Source: a virus | Taxonomy: Duplodnaviria > Caudoviricetes | Strand: one strand, 5' to 3' | DNA: 61,583 nucleotides | IMG/VR virus record: IMGVR_UViG_3300025085_000018 | Span: 1 to 61,583 of that record | Part shown: positions 19,140-30,300 of the stretch, piece after piece | Numbering within the stretch: position 1 is the stretch's first letter | Layout of the letters: the number at the start of each line of letters is the position of its first letter | Translations under genes and position numbers: made by a program | Notes under the pieces: generated by a model | What the model saw: only the letters and a program-made list of their open reading frames with translations | Databases searched by the model: none | What the model was told of the DNA's origin: nothing

Positions 19140-21554
19140 ATGAAAATATATACTAATTCAAATAGTGCTTTTCCAAGTCAGGTAGTACCGGATGCGGAAA
19201 AAGCTTCATGGGAGTATGGATCTCAAGTAGCTTCTGCTATTGAAACTGAATGGTTTGACCAAGGGAGAACTAACGGTAATAGATACTTAACGAGTTGGAA
19301 TAACTTTCACAGTCTAAGACTATATGCTAGAGGTGAACAGCCTACACAGAAATATAAAGATGAATTGTCAATAAACGGCGATTTGTCTTATTTAAATTTA
19401 GACTGGAAACCAGTACCAGTTATATCTAAGTTTGTAAATATAGTTGTAAACGGTATATCACAAAAAGAGTTTGATATAAAAGCTTTTTCACAAGATCCTG
19501 AGTCAGTTAAAAAAAGAACTAACTACGCAACGGCTATTGCTGAAGATATGTTTGCTAGAGAGCAAATAGCTTTAGCTCAACAAACATTAGGTATTGACGC
19601 TTCTCAGTCTAATATACCGCCACCGTTATTACCAGAAACAAAAGAAGAATTAGAGCTGCATATGCAGTTAAGTTATAAGCAGTCAATTGAAATAGCAGAA
19701 GAAGAGGCTATATCAACAACACTAGCTAAAAATAGATGGGAGTTAACTAAACGTAGAATTAACGAAGATTTAGTTGTATGCGGAATAGCTTGTGCTAAAA
19801 CAAACTTTAATAAATCTAACGGCGTAACAATAGATTACGTTGATCCAGCTCACGTTATATACTCTTACACAGAAGATCCTAACTTTGAAGACATATACTA
19901 TGTTGGTGAAGTTAAGTCTATAACTATACCGGAACTTAAAAAACAATTTCCGCAAATTAGTGAAGAAGAGCTAGAGAAAATACAAAAAATGCCTGGAAAT
20001 AGGCAATACATAACAGGTTGGGGTAATTACGACGCTAACACTGTTCAAATATTATATTTTGAATATAAAACTTATATGAACCAGGTTTTTAAATTAAAAC
20101 AAACAGATAATGGTTTAGAAAAAGTTATTCAAAAAACGGATGAATTTAATCCACCACCGGCAGATACTTATGATAGAGTTTCAAGAAGTATTGAAGTACT
20201 ATACAGCGGCGCTAAAGTCTTAGGCACTAATACTATGTTAAAATGGGAATTAGCTGAGAACATGACAAGACCAGCTTCAGATAGTACTAAAGTTGAAATG
20301 AATTACGCTATATGTGCACCTAGAATGTACAAGGGTAGAATAGAATCTTTAGTAAGCAAGATAACTGGTTTTGCTGATATGATTCAAATAACTCATTTAA
20401 AAATGCAACAAGTATTGTCTAGAATGGTACCGGATGGTGTATTCTTAGATATGGATGGTTTAGCAGAAGTTGACTTAGGTAACGGTACAAACTATAACCC
20501 GGCAGAAGCATTAAACATGTATTTCCAAACTGGTTCTATTGTTGGTAGATCGTTAACACAAGATGGTGAGTTAAATAGAGGTAAAGTACCTATTCAAGAA
20601 TTAACATCATCAGCTAGTGGCGCCAAACTACAGAGTCTTATACAGACTTATAACTATTATTTACAGATGATACGTGATGTCACGGGGTTAAATGAAGCTA
20701 GAGATGGTAGTATACAAGATAAAGACTCGTTAGTAGGTATAGCTAAAATGGCCGCTAATCAATCTAATATAGCAACTAAGCATATTAATCAAGCTAGCTT
20801 ATATTTAGCGCTTAGAATATGTGAAAATATATCTCTAAAAATAGCAGATGTATTGTCTTTCCCTTTAACAAGAAACGCTTTAATTGAAAGCATATCTCTT
20901 TATAATGCTCAAACGTTAGGTGAAATATCTAATTTAAATTTACATGACTTTGGTATATATTTAGAGTTAGAACCTGACGAGGAAGAAAGAGCTCAGTTAG
21001 AGCAAAACATACAAATAGCTTTAAAAAATAACGGTATTGATCTTGAAGACGCTATAGATATTAGACAGATAAAAAATCTAAAGCTAGCTAATCAATTACT
21101 GAAACAAAAAAGAAAAAAGAAAATAAAAAGAGATCAAGCTCAACAAAAGCAAATGATTGATGCGCAAGCACAAGCAAATGCTAAAGCTTCTGAAGCTGCT
21201 GCTATGGCTGAGGTTCAAAAGAATCAAGCTATGACAGAGTCTAAAGTTCAAGTTGAACAAGCTAAGTCTCAGTTTGAAATACAACGTATGCAAACAGAGT
21301 TAACCGTTAAGCAACAATTAATGGCTCAAGAGTTTGAATACCAAAAACAACTAGCTCAAATAAAGCTAGGCGTAGAAAGTGAAAAAGAAAAAGAAATAGA
21401 AGATAGAAAAGACAAAAGAGTTAAATTACAAGGAACTCAACAAAGTCAATTAATAAATCAACGACAAAATGATTCTGCTCCTGTAGATTTTGAAGGAACA
21501 GACTCATCACAACTAGGCACGTTTGGTTTACAAAATATGATGCCGCCTAGTTAA
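19140..21554 (+). CDS. Portal protein
   Basis: 804 aa immediately after the terminase; helical with a long Gln-rich C-terminal coiled coil (P22-like barrel). Confidence 0.85.
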   Translation: MKIYTNSNSAFPSQVVPDAEKASWEYGSQVASAIETEWFDQGRTNGNRYLTSWNNFHSLRLYARGEQPTQKYKDELSINGDLSYLNLDWKPVPVISKFVNIVVNGISQKEFDIKAFSQDPESVKKRTNYATAIAEDMFAREQIALAQQTLGIDASQSNIPPPLLPETKEELELHMQLSYKQSIEIAEEEAISTTLAKNRWELTKRRINEDLVVCGIACAKTNFNKSNGVTIDYVDPAHVIYSYTEDPNFEDIYYVGEVKSITIPELKKQFPQISEEELEKIQKMPGNRQYITGWGNYDANTVQILYFEYKTYMNQVFKLKQTDNGLEKVIQKTDEFNPPPADTYDRVSRSIEVLYSGAKVLGTNTMLKWELAENMTRPASDSTKVEMNYAICAPRMYKGRIESLVSKITGFADMIQITHLKMQQVLSRMVPDGVFLDMDGLAEVDLGNGTNYNPAEALNMYFQTGSIVGRSLTQDGELNRGKVPIQELTSSASGAKLQSLIQTYNYYLQMIRDVTGLNEARDGSIQDKDSLVGIAKMAANQSNIATKHINQASLYLALRICENISLKIADVLSFPLTRNALIESISLYNAQTLGEISNLNLHDFGIYLELEPDEEERAQLEQNIQIALKNNGIDLEDAIDIRQIKNLKLANQLLKQKRKKKIKRDQAQQKQMIDAQAQANAKASEAAAMAEVQKNQAMTESKVQVEQAKSQFEIQRMQTELTVKQQLMAQEFEYQKQLAQIKLGVESEKEKEIEDRKDKRVKLQGTQQSQLINQRQNDSAPVDFEGTDSSQLGTFGLQNMMPPS

Positions 21555-21581
21555 CATTTAATAATTATATAATATTTTATC

Positions 21582-22808
21582 ATGTCAGAAGAAACAAAAG
21601 TAAACGAACCTGTCAAGCAAGAGGGTGAGTTTAAAATCAAAAAAAAGAAACCTAAAAATTTAGGAAATCAAGGTAAAGATAACTTAATAAAAGTAGATCT
21701 TACTAAACCAGAGGCTCAGGGTGAAGTTATACCTGAGGTTACAAAAGTCACAATTCCTAAAGATGCATTAAAAGAAGAAGACGATGCCATTCAAATCGGA
21801 GAAACAGAGACAGTGGATGTGGGCGAACAAACCGGAGATAGCGCTAAAGTGGACGAACAAGTACCAGAGTCCAGCGAGGTTGTTGAAGAAATTACACCAA
21901 TCCAAGAAATAACAGAAGAAGAAGTAAAGGAGATAACACAAGATGTTAAAGAAGCTAAGAGAGATGAAAAAGTCTTAGGTAAACCTTTACCAGAAAACAT
22001 AGAAAAGTTAGTTTCATTTATGGAAGAAACTGGTGGAACTGTACAAGATTATGTAGCTTTAAACAAAGACTACAGTAACTACAGTCCTAAAGATGTTTTA
22101 AGAGAATACTATACAAAGGCAAAACCTCATTTAGATCAAGAAGAGATTAGCTTCTTAATGGAAGATAATTTTGAGTTTGATGAAGATGTAGACGAGCCAA
22201 GAGATATACGCAAGAAAAAACTTGCGTTTAAAGAAGAGGTTGCAAATGCTAAACAATTTCTTGAAAGTTCAAAAAGTAAATATTACGACGAGATCAAGTT
22301 GAGACCGGGCGTTACTCAAGAACAACAAGAAGCAATTAGTTTTTACGACCAATACAAGCAGCAACAAGAAACTGCAACACGATTACACGGTGATTTTAGA
22401 GATCGTACAAAAAAGCTTTTCAGTAACGAATTCAAAGGTTTTGACTTCAATGTTGGTGATAAGAAATTTAGATACGGTATTAAAGATCCTAGTAAAGTGG
22501 GTGAAACGCAGGTTGACGTACAAAACTTTGTTAGTAAATATACTAATGAAGAAGGTAGTTTAACTGACCCAGCGGGTTACCACAAAGCTATGTATGCTGC
22601 TATGAATGCTGATAAAATCGCTCATCATTTTTACGAGCAAGGAAAAGCGGATGGTGTTAAAGACATTATTCAAACTTCCAAGAACCCATCACAAGACGGA
22701 CCGAGGCAAGTTGCCGATGGAAACGTTTTTATAAACGGATTAAAAGTAAAAGCTATTAGTGGATTAGACTCAACAAAATTAAAAATTAAAAGAAAAAAGT
22801 TTAACTAA
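21582..22808 (+). CDS. Putative capsid scaffolding protein
   Basis: Very acidic N-terminus; lies between portal and capsid genes. Confidence 0.65.
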   Translation: MSEETKVNEPVKQEGEFKIKKKKPKNLGNQGKDNLIKVDLTKPEAQGEVIPEVTKVTIPKDALKEEDDAIQIGETETVDVGEQTGDSAKVDEQVPESSEVVEEITPIQEITEEEVKEITQDVKEAKRDEKVLGKPLPENIEKLVSFMEETGGTVQDYVALNKDYSNYSPKDVLREYYTKAKPHLDQEEISFLMEDNFEFDEDVDEPRDIRKKKLAFKEEVANAKQFLESSKSKYYDEIKLRPGVTQEQQEAISFYDQYKQQQETATRLHGDFRDRTKKLFSNEFKGFDFNVGDKKFRYGIKDPSKVGETQVDVQNFVSKYTNEEGSLTDPAGYHKAMYAAMNADKIAHHFYEQGKADGVKDIIQTSKNPSQDGPRQVADGNVFINGLKVKAISGLDSTKLKIKRKKFN

Positions 22809-22823
22809 AAAAAAATTTAAATT

Positions 22824-24287
22824 ATGGCTTTAAGTCCTCAATTTGGTGATATTACACCAAGTCAAAGTCAACAAACGTTGGCTAGTAACTACTTAAACTT
22901 CGCTGGAGCAAATGGTGTGAATTTTTCACAACAATATTTACCAGAGCTTTACGAAGCAGAAGTAGAAAGATATGGAAACAGAACTTTATCTGGTTTCTTA
23001 AGAATGGTTGGCGCAGAAATGCCAATGACATCTGATCAAGTAATTTGGTCTGAACAAAACAGATTACACATCTCATACGAAAACGTAGTAATAAGTGGTG
23101 GTGGTCTAATACTAACAATACCTGTTACAGCTGCTAACGCTGCTGTGCCAATATTAAACGTAATCTCTCCAGGCTCAACAATTGTTGTAATGGATGATTT
23201 CGGTGGTGAAGCAAAATGTTTAGTAACTGCTTCTGACACAGGCGCTGCTGGTGCTGCTGGTAACCCAGGACAATTAACAATTCAACCTTACACTGTAGCT
23301 AACCTAAATGGGTTAACTGGAACAGTAAAGATATTTGTTTATGGTTCTGATTTCCAAAAAGGAAGTTCTACTGTTAACGCTGCAGTTGGAGCAAATGTTA
23401 TTGATCAAAATGCTAATCCTATGGTAACTGTGGATCCTGCATTCAGTACTTTTGTAAATTCTCCAATAATCATTAGAAGCCAATATACTGTAAACGGTTC
23501 TGACACTGCTCAGATCGGTTGGGTAGAAGTTGCTACTGAAGATGGAACTGGTGGATACTTATGGTATTTAAAAGCTGAGTCTGAAACAAGACTTAGATTT
23601 GAAGATTACCTAGAAATGGCAATGGTTGAAGGTGAACTAAATTCAGCTGGTGTTGTACCTGCTGCTCAAGGTGGTACTCAAGGTTTATTTGCTGCTATCC
23701 AAGACAGAGGTAACGTAGAAGTAGGCTTTACAGCTGCTGCTGGGTTAGACGCTTTTGATGCTATACTAAAGAACTTAGATACTCAAGGAGCTATCGAAGA
23801 AAACATGTTATTCTTGAACAGATCTACTGCTCTTGATTTTGACGATATGTTAGCTTCTATTTCTGGTGGATTCGCTGGAGGTACTGCTTTTGGATTATTT
23901 GAAAATTCTGAGGAAATGGCATTAAATTTAGGTTTCTCTGGTTTCAGAAGAGGTTCTTATGACTTCTACAAAACTGACTGGAAATACTTAAACGATGCTT
24001 CTACTCGTGGAGGATTAGTTGGACCTGCATCTATTGAAGGTGTATTAGTACCAGCTGGAACTTCTACAGTATACGATCAAATCTTAGGAACAAACATTAG
24101 AAGACCATTCTTACACGTACGTTATAGAGCTTCACAAGCTGATGACAGACGAATGAAGTCTTGGTTAACTGGTTCTGTAGGTGGTGCTTTCACTTCATCT
24201 TTAGATGCAATGGAAGTAAACTTCTTATCAGAAAGATGTTTAGTAACTCAAGCTGCGAATAACTTCGTATTATTCAAAGGAATCTAA
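22824..24287 (+). CDS. Major capsid protein
   Basis: 487 aa, strongly biased codons, followed by a strong hairpin; position after portal and scaffold. Confidence 0.85.
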   Translation: MALSPQFGDITPSQSQQTLASNYLNFAGANGVNFSQQYLPELYEAEVERYGNRTLSGFLRMVGAEMPMTSDQVIWSEQNRLHISYENVVISGGGLILTIPVTAANAAVPILNVISPGSTIVVMDDFGGEAKCLVTASDTGAAGAAGNPGQLTIQPYTVANLNGLTGTVKIFVYGSDFQKGSSTVNAAVGANVIDQNANPMVTVDPAFSTFVNSPIIIRSQYTVNGSDTAQIGWVEVATEDGTGGYLWYLKAESETRLRFEDYLEMAMVEGELNSAGVVPAAQGGTQGLFAAIQDRGNVEVGFTAAAGLDAFDAILKNLDTQGAIEENMLFLNRSTALDFDDMLASISGGFAGGTAFGLFENSEEMALNLGFSGFRRGSYDFYKTDWKYLNDASTRGGLVGPASIEGVLVPAGTSTVYDQILGTNIRRPFLHVRYRASQADDRRMKSWLTGSVGGAFTSSLDAMEVNFLSERCLVTQAANNFVLFKGI

Positions 24288-24308
24288 TTGATTCAACAAA
24301 TGTAATTC

Positions 24309-24336
24309 TTACCCTCGTTGTAACTACGGGGGTAAT
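24309..24336 (+). terminator. Hairpin / probable terminator after capsid gene
   Basis: TTACCCTCGT-TGTAACT-ACGGGGGTAA, followed by an AT-rich tract. Confidence 0.65.
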
Positions 24337-24371
24337 TATTACTCTTATAAATTATTTAATTATATTATATC

Positions 24372-25136
24372 ATGGCAAAACAAAAAACAACTCAACCAGA
24401 TGGTTGGGAAATAAAAGATAGAAACTATTATCTAACAGGTAGTAAAACTCCACTAACACTTACGTTACCAAGCAAGCACACAACAAAACATCCTTTATTG
24501 TGGTTTGACGAAGAGCTAGGTGCTCAAAGAGAGTTAAAATATGCTACTAATCAAGCTTCATCATTTGTAGATGAGCAAAAAGGTGAATCAACAATGGGTC
24601 ACATTACGTTCAAAAACGGTGTGTTAAGAGTAGAAAAAAGATATCAAGCATTACAAAAAATGTTATCTTTATATCACCCATCAAGAAATCACTTATATAA
24701 AGAATTAAAACCTCAGCAGATTGCTAAAGAAGAACTGCATGATTTAGAATATGAGATAGAAGCTATGAACATGGCTTTATCTTTAGATATTGATCAATGT
24801 GAAGCAATACTAAGAGTTGAAGTTGGATCTAAAGTAAACGAGTTAAGCTCTAAAGAAGTAAAAAGAGACTTATTAATGTTTGCTAAAAGAAATCCAGTTT
24901 TATTTGTAGAATTAGCTAAAGACGATAATGTACAGCTTAGAAACTTAGGAATAAAAGCAACTGAAGCTAACATTATTAGGCTATCTCCAGATCAACGCTC
25001 GTTCACGTGGGCATCAAACGGTAAAAAACTAATGACGGTTCCTTTTGAAGAGAATCCTTATTCAGCATTTGCCGCTTTCTTGAAAACAGACGAAGGTGTT
25101 GAAATATTTAAGTCTATCGAGAAAAAACTTAAATAA
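24372..25136 (+). CDS. Hypothetical protein in head-tail module
   Basis: 254-aa ORF between capsid and tail genes. Confidence 0.75.
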   Translation: MAKQKTTQPDGWEIKDRNYYLTGSKTPLTLTLPSKHTTKHPLLWFDEELGAQRELKYATNQASSFVDEQKGESTMGHITFKNGVLRVEKRYQALQKMLSLYHPSRNHLYKELKPQQIAKEELHDLEYEIEAMNMALSLDIDQCEAILRVEVGSKVNELSSKEVKRDLLMFAKRNPVLFVELAKDDNVQLRNLGIKATEANIIRLSPDQRSFTWASNGKKLMTVPFEENPYSAFAAFLKTDEGVEIFKSIEKKLK

Positions 25137-25153
25137 CATGTAATACTAATATA

Positions 25154-25173
25154 GGGCTCGTTCACTCGGGCCC
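25154..25173 (+). terminator. GC-rich intergenic hairpin
   Basis: GGGCTCG-TTCACT-CGGGCCC in AT-rich spacer; U-tract weak. Confidence 0.5.
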
Positions 25174-25195
25174 ATATTATAATAAACAAATTAAA

Positions 25196-26128
25196 ATGGC
25201 AATAAACATAGATCAAGTTTATAAAACAGTCTTGTTGATAATAAATAAGGAACAAAGAGGTTATTTAACACCTAATGAGTTTAATAAGCTAGCTACTCAG
25301 GTTCAACTTGATGTGCTAGATAATTATTTTGAGACCTTAAATCAACAGATTAGAGTGCCACAAAATGAAAGCGAATATGGAAATCGCTACAAATCAGTAC
25401 AAGAAAAGTTAGACGCTTTTAAAAAAATAGGTGATTGTACTTATAATGCACCAGCTGGCACAAATCCAGCTTTTTTTACGCTACCAACTTCTTCAGGTGC
25501 GGCTAGCGGAACGCAGTTAATATCAACTGTAACAAATCAAATAACATATCCCTTAACATCTATAACTCAAAGTCAAGTAGAAGACAGCACTGTTGTTGTC
25601 ACTTACCAAGGTTTAGCTTACACGAACTTTACTATATCAGGAGGTATATTTAGTTTAACAGCAGGTTCTCTACCTACTGGAGCGGCTAATAATATAGTTA
25701 TAACTTTATATCCTCAAGATTTTTATAAACTAGGAACTGTTTTATATAAAGATGATAGAGTCGTGCAACCTATACAAAGAAACGAGTTAGCGTTGTTAAA
25801 TATGTCACCAATAAGTAAACCTGTTGAATATTTCCCAGTTTATTTATTTGAACAAAACAAAGTAATTATACATCCTCAAACAATAAGCGATAGCGTTAAA
25901 GCTAGTTATATTAAAAAACCAGCAAACCCTAGTTGGAACTTTGATTCTTCTTCAGGGTACTACGTTTGGGATCCAGCAACTTCTGTTAATTTTGAATTAG
26001 ATGCAACAGAGCAAGTTAACGTAATAATACAGATATTATTATACGCTGGTATAGTTATAAAAGATCCAACAATAGTACAAGCTGCAGCTAGTGAAATAGC
26101 ACAGGAAGCTCAAAACGAAAGAAATTAA
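25196..26128 (+). CDS. Tail ring / head-tail adaptor protein
   Basis: NKEQRGYLTPNEFN...YIKKP pattern and position; resembles ring proteins of crAss-like podoviruses. Confidence 0.6.
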   Translation: MAINIDQVYKTVLLIINKEQRGYLTPNEFNKLATQVQLDVLDNYFETLNQQIRVPQNESEYGNRYKSVQEKLDAFKKIGDCTYNAPAGTNPAFFTLPTSSGAASGTQLISTVTNQITYPLTSITQSQVEDSTVVVTYQGLAYTNFTISGGIFSLTAGSLPTGAANNIVITLYPQDFYKLGTVLYKDDRVVQPIQRNELALLNMSPISKPVEYFPVYLFEQNKVIIHPQTISDSVKASYIKKPANPSWNFDSSSGYYVWDPATSVNFELDATEQVNVIIQILLYAGIVIKDPTIVQAAASEIAQEAQNERN

Positions 26129-26134
26129 TAAACG

Positions 26135-27394
26135 ATGGCTATACAACCTAAAAGTAACGGATTAATAACTGAAAATGCTCAACAGTATTATCAAGGATCA
26201 CAAGGATTTAGAGCAGCTGCGTCAGGTGTTAACCAGACGTTTGTAACGGATTTTAATACTGAACTTATATTAGGTGACTGGAATCCAGCTAATCAAAATT
26301 ACAGTTTAAATAACTTTAAAGTTTACACAAGTCCATCAGGTATATCTGGGTCTTGGTCTGAATGGATTACAAGTATGTCTGTAGGTAGTGATGGTAGAAC
26401 AATAACTCTTGCAGCTGCACCTAGTGCTAACGCTTATGTTGTTGTTCAATTAACTATATTAACAGGTGGTAAATACGGTAACACTGAGGCAGAAAAAGCA
26501 TATGGTGAAACAGTAGAGGATAACTATGGTAGTTATCAATACACTAAAGTTAATGATGTTATAAATAACTTTTTAGTTGCGTATGTTGGGCAGAATAAAT
26601 TAATACCTAACGTAAATAGAACTGATGTTATATTTCATGCTAAAAGAGCTATGCAAGAGTTTAGCTACGATACTTTAAAAAGTATTAAGTCAGCTGAACT
26701 AACAGTACCAGCTAGCTTAACATTAGTTTTACCTCAAGACTTTGTTAACTACGTTAAGATGTCTTATATAGATCAACTAGGTGTTAAACACCCTATATAT
26801 CCTACAAATAACTTAACAACAAGTCCTTACTATACACAAACACAGGATTCTGCTGGTATACCAACACAAGATAATTTTGGTAATGATACAGAGGGCACGT
26901 CTATAACGCAAGATAGATGGCATAATGCAAATCAACAATTTATAAATGGAGATTTTACAAATGACTTTACTAATGATATGTGGGCTTACAATTGGGACGA
27001 CATGGGTAATGTCATAGGTTCTGGATACGGTGAAATGTATGGCTTAGACCCTCAGTACTCTCAAGTAAATGGTTGGTTTAATTTAAATGAAAGAGAAGGT
27101 AAATTATCTTTCTCTAGCAATTTAGTTGGTAGACTAATTATACTAGAATACATATCAGACGGATTAGCTTATGACTTAGATAGTAGAGTTCCTAAGTTAG
27201 CAGAAGAAGCAATGTATGCTTACATACTACATGCTATAATATCTACTAGAATAGGTCAACCAGAATATATAGTGCAAAGACTTAGAAAAGAAAAAAGCTC
27301 TAAATTAAGAAATGCAAAGATAAGATTATCTAATATTAAGCTTGATGAAATAGTTCAAGTAATGAGAGGTAAATCTAAATGGATAAAATCATAA
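26135..27394 (+). CDS. Tail tubular / ring protein
   Basis: LPQDFVNY...LEYISDG...VPKLAEEA pattern typical of tail tubular protein A-like folds. Confidence 0.6.
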   Translation: MAIQPKSNGLITENAQQYYQGSQGFRAAASGVNQTFVTDFNTELILGDWNPANQNYSLNNFKVYTSPSGISGSWSEWITSMSVGSDGRTITLAAAPSANAYVVVQLTILTGGKYGNTEAEKAYGETVEDNYGSYQYTKVNDVINNFLVAYVGQNKLIPNVNRTDVIFHAKRAMQEFSYDTLKSIKSAELTVPASLTLVLPQDFVNYVKMSYIDQLGVKHPIYPTNNLTTSPYYTQTQDSAGIPTQDNFGNDTEGTSITQDRWHNANQQFINGDFTNDFTNDMWAYNWDDMGNVIGSGYGEMYGLDPQYSQVNGWFNLNEREGKLSFSSNLVGRLIILEYISDGLAYDLDSRVPKLAEEAMYAYILHAIISTRIGQPEYIVQRLRKEKSSKLRNAKIRLSNIKLDEIVQVMRGKSKWIKS

Positions 27395-27397
27395 TAC

Positions 27398-30300
27398 ATG
27401 GCTGAAATTAAAAATAGTTTCATTAGGTCTAAAATGAATAAAGATTTAGACGAGAGACTAATACCAAACAATGAATACAGAGATGCTTTAAACGTAGCTG
27501 TCTCTAGGTCAGAAGCTAGTGATGTTGGTGCTTTAGAGTCTATATTAGGTAACTTCCTAAGAATAGACAACGGTAATATAAATATAGAAATAATAGGTGT
27601 ATACGTAGATCAAAGCAGAGGTTTAGCTTATTATTTTGCAACAGATCACTCTGGTACAGCACAAGCTCCTCTTTCTGCTAGTTGTTTTATTGCGGTATAT
27701 AATACAGCTAGTAACAACTCTACTAAATTAGTTTCTGGTAGTTGGTTAAATTTTTCAAAAGATTTCCCAGTACATGGTATAAGCTTGATAGAAGATTTAT
27801 TGTTTTTTAGTGATAACAATAATCAACCTAGAAAAATAAATATAACTAAAGACTTTGGTTATTATAATAGTGAAGATCAAATATCTGTAGCTAAGTTCGC
27901 GCCATATTTGGCGGCTGAATTTATAGATTTAAGATCAAACTCTTTATTAAAACCATCTACAATGTCTGATGCTTCTGATCCTTTGCAAACAAACATAGGC
28001 TCTATAACAGTATCAGCAGTTAATCTAAATGTTTCTAGCTATAGAAACGGTGATCCTATACCTGAAGCTCAGTCAAACCAAGCTTGGGCAGACGCAGACG
28101 CTAACGAACAAGGTGCTTGGTGTTATTATGAAAACTCATTAGCTAATGGATCAGTTTACGGTAAACTTTATAATAGATATGCTATAGAAGACCCTAGAGG
28201 TTTAGCGCCTATTGGTTTTAATGTTATACCATCAGGTGTATGGAGCAGTGATATAATAAGTGGTACAACTCCAGCTACAAGACTTAAATCAACAACTTCT
28301 TGGGATGCTAATCCTGGTACTAACACTACAGGTTTTAATGTTCTAGCTGCTGGTCATAGAGACGCTGCTGGAACTTTTGCTGGTTTAGGTACGGAAGCTA
28401 GATTTTGGGCAAGAGAAGATACAACACCTACCCCACCTTTGAGTGCTACTGGTGATTACATATTGATGACGTCTGCTGATCAAGCGGCTACAAAATTATC
28501 TGCAGCACCAGAAGCTGACAACATAAATGGTTATTCTGTTAGATTACTTAAAGATGCTGGTTATAATGGCTGGAACGGTGATCCAGATTATTTAAGAGAT
28601 AAATTTGTAAAATTTAGTTATAGATTTAAATTTGATGACAACGAGTATTCTGTTGTAGCTCCCTTTAGTCAAGATGTTTTTATTCCAGAACAAGAAGGGC
28701 AGTTTTTAAATGATGATGAAACAAAAGCTTTTGTCTCTACGGTTGTAGAGTTTATGCAAAATTCTATAAACAATGCTATATTAAATATAACACTACCTAG
28801 TCTAAATATATTAACAGATTACAAAATAAAAGGTATAGATATATTATTTAAACAATCTGACACACAAGCTTATCAAATACTAGAATCTATAGTTGTTGAT
28901 CAATCTTTTATAGATAATTTAAATAATACTAATATATATCAATACGACTATCAGTCTACATTACCAATAAAAACATTACCATCTCAAGAAGCGGCTAGAG
29001 TTTTTGATAAAGTGCCTGTAACTTCTTTAGCACAAGAAACATCAGGCAACAGAATAATGTATGGTAATTTTGTGCAAGGTAAAAGCGGGCAAAAAGGTTT
29101 AGATTACTATGTAGATATAGCTGAAAAAGACAATCAAATATTTACAGAATATCCTCAGCACTCATTAAAGCAAAATAGAAATTATCAGGTTGGTGTAATT
29201 TTAGCTGATAAATTTGGTAGACAAACAGATATAATATTATCAAACTATGATAACTTATTAGATTCAGAAGGTAATCCACAACCAGGTTCTAATGTTTTTA
29301 GTAACTATAATAATGTATCGTTTAACGGTAGTGTTGCTGGTTGGCAAGGTGATACTTTAAAAATAAACTTTAATAGTTTAATACCTGAACTAGCTAACGC
29401 TAACAATGTTAGTGGTTATCCAGGTGTTTACGCTATTGGTAATTATTACACTATCACTACAGCTTCAGTATCTTATCCTATATTTTTTAGGGACCTATCA
29501 ACTCAATCTATAACATCTACAGCTAATCAAACTGTTTTTGTATTTAATGGTTTAGTTTATGACGATGCGATTCAAGCTAGCAATTCTTATTGTGTTTATA
29601 AAAACATAGGTGATGGTTTTATAAAATTAGAATCATCAGAATACTCTATTGTAGATGATGGTAATGATCAACCTCAAGTTACTCTCGCTTCAGGTGCAAA
29701 TCTAGGAGATGTAATAAAGTTTGAATTATTGTTTACAGCAGATAACTATTATAAATATCAAACAGGAACTACTAACGCTGCGCAGCCTTTATTCCAAGAT
29801 TTTGAAACAACTTATCAAAATTATTTTACTATAGGTAAAACGTTTGCAGGTTTATTTACTGACTATGTAGACATTAAAACTGTAACAACTATCGGTACAC
29901 CTGTTACTTCTGTTGAAGTTTTTACAAACCAAGAGGTTGCTGAAAAGTATTTATTTGATAATACAAGTACTGGTAGACCTGAACCAGCACTAACAACTAA
30001 TGATTTACCTAGATCTTACGCTACTTATGATATAAATGTAGATGGCTTTTATAGCTATAGAATAGGTGTTAAACAGCAACAACAAGATTATTACAATGTA
30101 TATTTACCTGGTTTTGTTAATGGTTATCCTATAGATGGTTCAACATTAGAACAAGGTGAAACAGCTTTTACAACGTTAGTATCTGATAATATAAACAAAT
30201 TACCTAGAAACCTACAAGAGGTTGGGCCGCTGCAAAATCAGTTTACAAGTGATGAAAGAGTTTTCCCAAGAGTAACTAATACAGTTCAAGTAACATCTAC

